This document shows, one piece after another, positions 1 through 9,811 of a stretch of DNA of 23,040 nucleotides. The position numbers were made by a program, and so were the translations under genes. Numbering within the stretch: the stretch's first letter is position 1; every line of letters starts with the position of its first letter. The stretch comes from Piromyces finnis finn. Taxonomy: Eukaryota > Fungi > Neocallimastigomycota. The notes below the pieces were generated by a model, which saw only the letters and a program-made list of their open reading frames with translations, was not told the DNA's origin and searched no databases. The stretch is from assembly GCA_002104945.1 (NCBI GenBank), contig MCFH01000156.1, forward strand, positions 1 through 23,040. Reading direction: 5' to 3'.

Positions 1-2104
1 GAAAATTTTTGTATTGCTTTGGTAATGTTCCAAAAGTTTTTAATTTGAATTGAATATTCTGCGTAATATGATAGTTGAAAAATTAATTGATGGTGTTTTT
101 CTTTTTATATTTATTATTAACTTTTTTTTAAAATGAATCAAATAATAACAATAAAAAAAAAAGAAACATATATACAATTGCTTTTTTTGAACGTTTATTA
201 ATTTTCTATGTAATTTTTAATGGTATTTTCTATTATCTTTATATATTTATATAGATATTTGTTAATAAAATACATTTATTATTTCCAGATAGTTGATTGT
301 AAATAAATTTGTGTCCTATATTTTTATATTTTAATAATTTAGTATACTATAATAATTTATTTATTTACTTTTTTTTGACATTGGTAAAAGCTTATTATTT
401 TTATCATTATCTATGATCTTATTTACTTACTTTTAATTAATAAAAATAAATTATGCAATTTTAAATAATATATACTTTTCTTTCCCAATTTTTAGTTATA
501 ATAATAAAATTAAAGAAAAATATTATATACTATTTATTTATTTGAAGAAAATGAATATATCAAAACAATACTTTTTTAAAGAAATTTAATGTTGATATTA
601 GATTTTGAATTTATATTTTTTAAAAAAAAAATTGTTCCTTTTTTATATTTTTGAACTTTATTCTTTTTATTTTACTGTAATTTTCTTTTGTTGTTTTTCG
701 TCTTTATTGTTTTTGTTTGTTTTTTTTTCTTATTCTTCTTTTCTTCTTTTTTTTTCTTGTTTTTACGTATTTATTCTTTTTCTCACAATTTCACTGTTTT
801 ATATACCTTTATTTTACAAAGTATCAATTGTTGTTTAAAATTTGAAAAATAGTTTTAAACATACATTTATACAAAAAAAGAAGAAGAAATATAAAAAAAA
901 ATAAATTCTAAAAACAAAAATTAATTTAAAAAAAAATAAAGTAGAGGGGAAATAATACTTAAATATATTTTAATATTTAATAAAATAATAAAAAAGAATA
1001 AATTTTAAATTAATATTGAATCTTTTATAACTTTTTCAAAGAAAAAAGTAATAAAATGTAATAATTAAATCATAATTTAATATAATTTTTTCATTTTTTT
1101 TTATTTTATTCAAATATTAAAAATATATTAAGTATTTATTTTCCCTCTTTACTTTATTTTTTTTAAAATTAATTTTTTTTTTTTTTAGAATTTATTTTTT
1201 TTTATATTTTCTTCTTCTTTTTTTGTATAAATGTATGTTTAAAACTATTTTTCAAATTTTAAACAACAATTGATACTTTGTAAAATAAGGTATATAAAAC
1301 AGTGAAATTGTGAGAAAAGAATAAATACGTAAAAACAAGAAAAAAAAAAGAAGAAAGAAAGAATAAGAAAAAAAAACAAACAAAAACAATAAAGACGAAA
1401 AACAACAAAAGAAAATTACAGTAAAAATAAAAAGAATAAAGTTCAAAAATATAAAAAGGAACAATTTTTTTTTTAAAAAAATATAAATTCAAAAATCTAA
1501 TATCAACATTAATATTTCTTTAAAAAAAGTATTGTTTTGATATATTCATTATTCTTCAAATAAATAAATAGTATATAATATTTTTCTTTAATTTTTATTA
1601 TTATAACTAAAAAATTGGGAAAGAAAAGTATATATTATTTAAAATTGCATAATTTTATTTTTATTAATTAAAAGTAAGTAAATAAGATCATAGATAATGA
1701 TAAAAATAATAAGCTTTTTACCAATGTCAAAAAAAGTAAATAAATAAATTATTTATAGTATACTAATTTCAATTTAAAATATAAAAATATAGGACACAAA
1801 TTTATTTACAATCAACTATCTGGAAATAATAAATGTATTTTTATTAACAAATATCTATAAATATATAAAGATAATAGAAAATACCATTAAAAATTACATA
1901 GAAAATTAATAAACGTTCAAAAAAAGCAATTGTATATATGTTTCTTTTTTTTTTATTGTTATTATTTGATTCATTTTAAAAAAAGTTAATAATAAATATA
2001 AAAAGAAAAACACCATCAATTAATTTTTCAACTATCATATTACGCAGAATATTCAATTCAAATTAAAAACTTTTGGAACATTACCAAAGCAATACAAAAT
2101 TTTC
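1..2104. repeat. Long fold-back inverted repeat (arms ~1..1037 and ~1041..2104, essentially no spacer)
   Basis: Bases 1-60 (gaaaatttttgtattgctttggtaatgttcc...) are the reverse complement of ~2046-2104 (agaatattcaattc...aatacaaaattttc). The match continues inward, e.g. ccagatagttgattgt/acaatcaactatctgg and gtatcaattgttgtttaaaa/ttttaaacaacaattgatac, to a centre at actttttc-aaa-gaaaaaagt (~1030-1049). Outer differences are mostly homopolymer lengths, and identity decays within ~150 bp of the centre. Confidence 0.95.
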
Positions 2105-2325
2105 CACTAAAAAGATTATATATTATTAATAGCAAATAAGGAAGCAATTGTATATATATTTCTTCTTTTATTAATATTATTTTATTATTTTAAAAAGGAA
2201 AAATAAATAATAATACATAAAACAGAGAACACTAATTCAATCGTAAATTATAAACTATCACTTTACGCAGAATATTTATTCAATTTATAAAGACTGGAAA
2301 TTAATATATATATTACCAAAACAAA
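1924..2325 (+). repeat. Diverged tandem duplication, period ~220 bp
   Basis: Collinear anchors occur twice: aagcaattgtatatat (1924, 2142), aactatca..tacgcagaatatt (tacgcag at 2041, 2264) and attaccaaa (~2080, ~2312). The sequence between the anchors is diverged. Confidence 0.7.
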
Positions 2326-2564
2326 ACAACAAAGTAAAAATCCTTTTGCCAAAAGATAATTTATTTAAAAACAAAAAAGGAAAAGGGTTTTAATTGTAAA
2401 TATAATTCATTTTCACATATATATTATGTTTCTCGAATTAAAGTAAAAAAAAAGAAAAACTAAATCAAAAAACGATTCAATTAATAGATAAAAACAAAAA
2501 ATAAATAATTTTTTAGAATACACATTTATTAAGTAGATATTTCTCTAATTTTATATAATCAAAA

Positions 2565-5500
2565 ATGGTATCTCATGTTGAAGCAATATTCGACTTTTAT
2601 GGTCAAGATGATTCCCAACTTTCTTTTAAGAAAGGTGATCATATTCAAGTTATTAGTCGATTGAATTCAGGTTGGTGGGATGGTATATGTAAAGGAAAAA
2701 GAGGATGGTTCCCATCAAATATGTTGTTGAAACCTATATTGAGGAAAACCAAACCGGTTCCATGGATTCCACAGTTAGATGCTCAAGGAAAACAATATTA
2801 TGTAGATTCCAAGACTAAAGAAGCTTCTTATTATCCTATAATGAAGAATTTAAATGAAAAAGTAAGCAATAGTGGAATGGAACCTCTTCCAAGAAATTGG
2901 GGAATAAAATATACACATGATAGTAAACCATATTACTATAATAAGGAAACTGATGAAACTTGTTGGTCTTTGGATGAAATTAATTTAGAAACAGGGCTTT
3001 TAAAGAAACGCAGTAATTCAAACTCTTTTGGATCAATTAATGAAGAAATAAGTTATTCTACAAGTCCAAAGGCTGGTGAGTTAACTTGGGAAAAAATCTC
3101 TAATGATATTTATTATTGTCTTCAACAACTTTATAAATCTGCTCGCTTAAATAAAAAGGAATCCTATATTAGTCATTCTGCCTCTATAGTAGAAACCATT
3201 CGTACAATGCTATATGCCTCAAATACAGCTAAACGTGATTGCCAAATCTTTACTAATAATAAGGCTTTAAAACAACTTTATAGACATATAATGGATTCTT
3301 TATCTGAGTTAGTTGTTACTACAAAGACAGCTCACAAATTTGGCCACCACCAGATGCTGTATCAAAAATGCAACAGGCTGCCAACAATGTACATCTTAGC
3401 GTTAAAAACTTTATTAAAATGTCTAAAGAATTAAATTTACCATTAGATATTGGACTTGTCGAAGATAGTAATAGTGATGATAAAAATGATGGTGATAGAG
3501 CTGATGAAACACAACAAAATTCATCAAAGATTATTTCCCAATTAGAAGAATATTCTCGAACTATTAGTGAAAGTACACAAAAAACTTAACAAAACAGTTC
3601 GTACTCAAGAAAATGTTTCTAGCGAGTTAATTATTACTGAAACTAGAAACATTGTAATTGATGTTGGTGATTTCCTTACTGTTATTGATGAAATTAATTA
3701 TGATATGTTAAATAATGAAATTGTTGTTGATTTCAAGACAAATCGTTTAACTGTATGTAATAGAATCTACGGCTTAGTTATGACTACACAAAATATTGTT
3801 AATACTTTAAGACCAAGTAATTTTGAGGAACAGATTCTTTTAAGTACTGAATTAATTGAAAAGGCTATTAAAGAACTTGTAATTTCCACAAAATGTCTAC
3901 TTCAAGAAAAAGAAAATGTTGATCAATATCAAAAAATATATTATGACTATAACCGTAGGGCGTCTGCTTCATCTGAAGCATCTCTTGTAAATTCTTCTGC
4001 TTCTTCAAACGATACAAATAACTTTTCTTCTCCTGCCAGTGTTAATGTTGCTTCAATAATAATATACATCAATAAATAATACTGCTTCGTTAACACGTAA
4101 TCGTAGAGCTATGTCAATGGACGTTCCAGATACTGAATACCCAGATTTTGAAGAAAATGGTCAAGCTAGAAATAGAACCTTTTCTCAACGATCATTACCA
4201 AGTAAACTTACCGAGAATTTTAACAATATGTACATTACTAATCCACATCCACGTAAGAGTTCTTCTCATCTGTCTCACCAATACAACCACCACCATTATA
4301 TTATGATCAAAATGGTGTTCAAGTTGAAATTGATCAGTTTAGTGAACGTAAGACTTCAGCTAATTAATGCAACTTTTAGGTTCAGAGTAACAAATGCTCC
4401 TCCTAAGAAGAAGTGGTATTTAGAATATGATTATGATGTAAAGATCTTTTATTTAATATGGATGGAAAGGTTAAAGGTGGAACATTTGAAGCTCTTGTTG
4501 AACGATTAACTTGTCATGATTCCTTTGATGCTAATTTTACAAATACTTTCCTTTTAACTTACCGTTCTTTTTGTACTACTATACAATTCATGTCTGAGTT
4601 ATTAAAGAGATATTTACTTCCACAACCAGCAGGTCTTACAGATATTAATGAAGTTAATGAATGGCATGAAAAGAAATTAAAACCAATTCGTCTTCGTGTA
4701 TGTAATGTTGTAAAAAGTTGGTTAGAATATGCTATTGAAACTGATGAAGAAGATCAAAAAGCTTTCAATATGGCAAAGGAATTCTTTGATAGACAAATTC
4801 AAAGTGATCCAACCTTCCTTACTGTATCAAAACTTCTTGATAGATTTGATAAAGGTTTTACAAGGGAATTGCTCCATCTCCTGGTCGTGAAGCTCCAGTT
4901 CCAATCATACCGAAATCTTTTCGTCATATACGTTTCAATGAACTTGATCCAACAGAAATAGCTAGACAATTAACATTAATGTGCTCTAAATTGTATAACC
5001 AAATTCAACCAGTAGAATGTCTTAATAAAGCATGGTCACAAAAATTAATTCACCAGCCGTAAATATTAAGATGATGATTGAAATGTCAAACCAAGTTACT
5101 GGATGGGTTGCAATTACAATTTTGAAAGAAACTGATTTAAAGAAGCGTGCATCTATAATGAAGCATTTTATATATTGCTGAAAAATGTTATGCATTAAAT
5201 AACTTTAATACTTTAATGTCTATTTTAGCTGGTTTTAGTTCAGCTCCAATTCATCGTTTAAGAAGAACCTGGGACTTTTTAAGTAATAAAAATATAGCTA
5301 CTTTGGACTCATTAAATAAGACTATGGATAGAAACAAAAACTTTTCTACTTATCGTGAACAACTTCACTCAGTAAACCCACCATGTGTTCCATTTTTAGG
5401 TGTTTATCTTACTGATTTAACTTTCATTGATGATGGTAACTCAAATAATCTTAAGAATGCTGATGGTGAGGTTAATGAAAGTTAATTAACTTTAGTAAGA

Positions 5501-5715
5501 GAAGTAAAACTGCCGATGTAATTCGTGAAATTCAACAATATCAAAATCAAGTTTACTGTTTACAGGATGTTCCAGAATTACAAAATTGGTTAAAGGAATC
5601 TTTAGTAAGAATTGAGGATGAATCTGATATGTATAATATGTCTTTAAGTTTAGAACCAATAGAACGTGAAGATGAAAAGCTTGCTAGATTGTTAATTGAA
5701 TCTGGTTTTATTTAA
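2565..5715 (+). CDS. CDC25: Cdc25-type Ras guanine nucleotide exchange factor (SH3, 2x WW, REM, RasGEF catalytic domain); intronless, about a dozen single-base frameshifts in this sequence
   Basis: SH3: AIFDFYGQDDSQLSFKKGD...SGWWDG...RGWFPSN. WW domains: PWIPQLDAQGKQYYVDSKT and LPRNWGIKYTHDSKPYYYNKETDETCW. A WPPPDA motif lies in an alternative frame at ~3343. REM: KGGTFEALVERLT...TFLLTYRSF...IRLRVCNVVKSWLE. Catalytic domain joined across frames: LDPTEIARQLTL...NNFNTLMSILAGFSSAPIHRLRRTW...PPCVPFLGVYLTDLTFIDDGN...INFSKR...IREIQQYQ...SLSLEP, ending RLLIESGFI-TAA at 5713-5715. Confidence 0.93.
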
Positions 5716-6297
5716 TCAAAATAAGATATTATCATAATTTAACTCTTCATAAATAATGTTTTTTTTTTTTTTTTTAATAAATTCAATAAATTATTTTAAA
5801 ATCATTACATAGCCATATATACTTTAAAAATGATTTATTGACAAAAGTAAATTTATAAAAACAATGAATTTATATTTGTATTTTTTAAAAGAAAAAAAAT
5901 TATAATTATTAATTTTTCTATCAGTTAAAAATTACATATAATCATATATAAAAAAGTTATATATTTTAATCATTTATATTAATTTATTTTTTTTTTTGAA
6001 TAATAAAATAAAAATAAAAACAAAAATTAGTAAAAATGATATTAAATCTTTTGGTTTTGTTAATTTGATGAAAGTAATTAAATATATGTAATAAAAATAG
6101 GATACTTGATAATATATTTAATTTAATATAAAATACACAAAGTTCCTTTTCTTTTTTCTAAATAAAAAGAAATTAATAAAAATCACTAAAAAATCAATAA
6201 CCAAAATTATATTTCTAATAAAATAAAATAAAAATTTTATACAACCATTTCCAACTTTAATTTTTAAATTAAATATTTATTTTCATACTTATTGTAT

Positions 6298-6407
6298 CAT
6301 ATTCAGTGTAACTATGACTATAAATTTTTTCTGATTCATTGCAGTGAAACAACTAACACAGCGTTTCTATTCCACTCAAAAAAAATAAAAGTTATCATCA
6401 CCATATG
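6298..6407 (-). ncRNA. SNORD46: Box C/D snoRNA, SNORD46 (U46/U40) / yeast snR63 family; predicted guide for LSU rRNA 2'-O-methylation at the A equivalent to yeast 25S Am2256
   Basis: The minus strand reads catat-g-GTGATGA (box C, 6401-6395) ... AGTCATAGTTAC-a-CTGA (guide 6319-6308, box D 6306-6303)-atatg. The terminal stem is catat/atatg. The guide is complementary to the conserved LSU rRNA sequence GUAACUAUGACU. The 3' end GUCAUAGUUACACUGA matches the human U46 3' end as I recall it. Confidence 0.9.
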
Positions 6408-6724
6408 TTAACAATAATAATATTTTTTTTAAATCTTATTTAAAAAAGAAATTTACCATTAATACAACTAGTATTAATAATTATTTTCTTTTTTAACAAC
6501 TTTTTGCTTAATGATTAATTAAAAAAACTTGGAAAAAAACTATTATTTATATATCATTAAAAAATTAGTGGCTTTTTATTACCAATAAAATCTTATGAAT
6601 ATCATTCATTTAAAGATATGATTGGCTAATTACTTAAAAATCTTATTGGATATTCTATATATAAATAGTGCTAATTTTCCATGCCAGAATTTTTATTTTT
6701 ATCTTTAGTAAAACTGAAAAAAAG

Positions 6725-7273
6725 TATTTATTAATAAAGCTTAAATTATATAGTATTTAAGAAATTATTAATAAAGTATCAAGAAGTTTTATTAGATTTC
6801 TAATATAGATGAGTAGTAACGATGATTAAGGATGTAGGTAGCATTAGATTAGTGTTCCTTATGTATTTTCATACATTTGGTAGGCACTAATCACCCAAGG
6901 TGATGTATAATACTATCCTTAATATCGAAGATAGAAGTATTATTTTGAAGGATTGGTAGTTATAGTGTATTATAGCTTCTTTTAGCGTATCCTTGAGCAG
7001 TCTTTACATTTGGATTTTTTTCCATGTTTAGACCGTTCGGAGAAACTGAAAGGTTCCAGGTTATTTTATGCTTATCGATTTTTCAAAGTAATTGTTACCA
7101 TATATTCTATATCTTTTCGGAAAAGTACAAGGTAACGCAGTTATCAGTACTGACTCGTCACTATGTGGCGTTGATCGTTGAGGTAAACCATATGGAAAAC
7201 ATCTCATTATTAAAACAACAAATTATAAAATTAATTAATTTAAAAATTTTATATGAAAAATATTTATTTTTTT
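6725..7273 (+). repeat. Left arm of long inverted repeat
   Basis: Reverse complement of 8842..9389 throughout; for example gaccgttcggagaaactgaaaggttccagg (~7031) pairs with cctggaacctttcagtttctccgaacggtc (~9054). Confidence 0.97.
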
Positions 7274-7360
7274 GATATATGTTATTATTTGTTAATTTAT
7301 TAAAATTTTGATTAATTTAAATATAAATTTGTAAAAGCAATTAGTTTTATACTACTTTAG

Positions 7361-8311
7361 TTAAATTTTGAGTTTTAGTATTTTCAAGTTTATGATTTCT
7401 CCATATTCTCTATCCTTTATATATAATTTTACTTTTCTAACAATGTATCGAGAAATGAAATAGAAAACTAGTGCTGAGGCAATGCTTAAAGCAAATAATG
7501 AAAATAAATCTGTACCATTCTTTTCATAAATGGAGTATGAATTAATATATATTTCTGATATTCTTCTTGATAAATATTCATCATTATATTTTTTGGTTTA
7601 AATTTTACAGGTTCTGGCACACCCCATTCGTGCATTGAAACAACCACTTTTATATATATTTATTTTAACAAGGAATATAAAAATAATTTATAAATCATAG
7701 TATTCATGTTATATTTTTAATTAAAAAATAGGAATTTAAATTTTATTATATTTATTTATTTTTATTTTATGAGGAAAAAAAAAAAAAAAATAATTACCTA
7801 AACCTCTTACTACACCATTAAAATCATTTTCAAAATCAAAACATTGCTTAGAGTCCAGGTAAAAGTTTGTGGAAGAGGTTTATCTTTTCCATTAAAATGT
7901 TCCAAAGTACTATTAATAGGCGACTTTACACCACATTTTTTTGGTCTAAAATATTGATCGTTAATATTTATAAACTGACCAATTCTTAAATTAAGATCCT
8001 CCTCTTCCGTAAAATGGGTTTGATTTCATGTTCAACATAAAGGATAAGACCTTTGATACTTTTATATTTTGAACCAAAAAGTGTAATGGTAAAATCGGGT
8101 GAAAACTTTATATTATTTTTTAATTTTGGTTGAATGGTGAGCATAAATCCACCAGTTGGATCATCAATATTTTCAGAAACAAAATGATTTCTGGTATTTA
8201 TGCTATCAAGCTCAGCTGAGCAATAAGGTGATTCGTATGAATGACATTGACCATTATTTATATAAATATATAAAATAATAATATTATTTTATATAGACAA
8301 CTTTTAATCAT
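7361..8311 (-). CDS. Predicted secreted/single-pass membrane protein with a Reeler-like domain (~265 aa; 2 exons, intron 7647..7797; four single-base frameshifts)
   Basis: Reconstruction: ATG at 8311, MIKSCLYKIILLFYIFI (signal-like) / NNGQCHSYESPYC...GGFMLTIQP...FTITLFGSKYKSIKGLILYVE / RIGQF...KKCGVKSPINSTLEHFNGKDK...TFTWT / NGVVRGL|VVVSMHEWGVP / ...LFSLFALSIASALVFYFISRYIVRKVK (TM helix plus basic stop-transfer), TAA at 7363-7361. The intron GTAATT...AAAG splices in frame. The motif order KGxxLY..IGxF..C..TLxH..K..FTW..GxV..VV resembles Reeler domains (by eye). Confidence 0.65.
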
Positions 8312-8841
8312 TTTTTTTTTTAATTTTTATTTTTATTAAAATATATTATATATACAAGTTATTTATACAAGCAACATAAATAAATGGATGTATGAAAAAT
8401 TTTAAAATTCAAATTTAAAATCAATAAATTAGAAATTTTAAAAAAAAATAAAATAAAAATTATATATTAAAAATTTTCTTTTATTATTATTTAATTTTTA
8501 TATATATTATAATCTTTTATCTATTAATTATGTATGATACATGTATTTATAAATAAAAATAATTAATTAAAATAGGTTTAAATAAATATAAAGAATAAAA
8601 ATGGATATATTGTAATTATAATTAAATAAGGCACTATTATAATATAATAATTGTTCTTTAATGGAGCAAATAACATATACCAAACTTTTCCAGGACAGAA
8701 TTATAACTCTATCTATTGATTGCACTAATCCTAATGGTCAAAAGTTCCCGTTGATTGTTATAATATGTATCTTCGGAATTTCCTTGATTAAATTTGAAAC
8801 TCTTTCCATATATATATATTTTTTTAATCAGAAAAATTAAT

Positions 8842-9389
8842 AAAAAAACAAATATTTTTCATATAAAATTTTTAAATTAATTAATTTTATAATTTGTTGT
8901 TTTAATAATGAGATGTTTTCCATATGGTTTACCTCAACGATCAACGCCACATAGTGACGAGTCAGTACTGATAACTGCGTTACCTTGTACTTTTCCGAAA
9001 AGATATAGAATATATGGTAACATTACTTTGAAAAATCGATAAGCATAAAATAACCTGGAACCTTTCAGTTTCTCCGAACGGTCTAAACATGGAAAAAAAT
9101 CCAAATGTAAAGACTGCTCAAGGATACGCTAAAAGAAGCTATAATACACTATAATACCAATCCTTCAAAATAATACTTCTATCTTCGATATTAAGGATAG
9201 TATTATACATCACCTTGGGTGATTAGTGCCTACCAAATGTATGAAAATACATAAGGATACACTAATCTAATGCTACCTACATCCTTAATCATCGTTACTA
9301 CTCATCTATATTAGAAATCTAATAAACCTTCTTGATACTTTATTAATAATTTCTTAAATACTATATAATTTAAGTTTTATTAATAAATA
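8842..9389 (-). repeat. Right arm of long inverted repeat
   Basis: Reverse complement of 6725..7273. Differences seen: three 1-bp indels, two internal substitutions and one substitution near the inner end. Confidence 0.97.
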
Positions 9390-9811
9390 ATTAATTTTTA
9401 AAATAAAAACATTACCATATATTTAAAAATTTTGAATGTTATTGAGTTTATATACAAAACTTTTTTTGATTTTTAACCAATCAAATTATTTCATTTTAAT
9501 GATTCTTAAATATTATTGGATGTATAACTATTAATATTTATTATTGAGTTTTCTGTATTTTTTATTTATAATAATTAATAATTAATATATAATTTTTATT
9601 AGAGAAGAGATAAATTATAAATATAAAATAAAAGTACTAATTAATTAGTATTAATTAGTAGTATTACTATTACTTTTATTTTTATAATTTATAATTTTTT
9701 TTAATATTATTATTATTGTTAAATATTTATTTAGATATATCAATGACAATATTTTATTTTTTATTATCTGTTTTACTTTTTATTATAAATAAAATATTTT
9801 TATGCATTTCT

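Larger units (their letters stand above)
6725..9389. mobile_element. Putative non-autonomous long-TIR (foldback/Pack-MULE-like) element, ~2.66 kb, carrying a cargo gene
   Basis: Inverted arms of ~549 bp (6725..7273 and 8842..9389) differ at about six positions. They enclose 1.57 kb of unique sequence and have unique flanks outside. The boundaries fit either a TA duplication (6725-6726/9388-9389) or a palindromic 12-mer TTTATTAATAAA (6727-6738/9376-9387). No intact transposase ORF is present, so mobility is inferred only. Confidence 0.55.

Noticed and set aside
605-1492. Phe-rich ORFs 605..838 (+), 1252..1464 (-) and 1259..1492 (-)
   Set aside because: They are translations of poly-T-rich non-coding DNA and mirror images of each other within the fold-back repeat; there is no protein-like composition.
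6308-6319. 12 bp match to LSU rRNA (gtaactatgact) as an rRNA fragment
   Set aside because: The flanks are not rRNA; the match is the antisense guide of the snoRNA on the other strand.
7024-7275. 83 aa ORF in the left repeat arm as a transposase or gene
   Set aside because: No recognisable motif; it depends on a 1-bp indel that differs in the right arm, and its end runs into AT-rich sequence.
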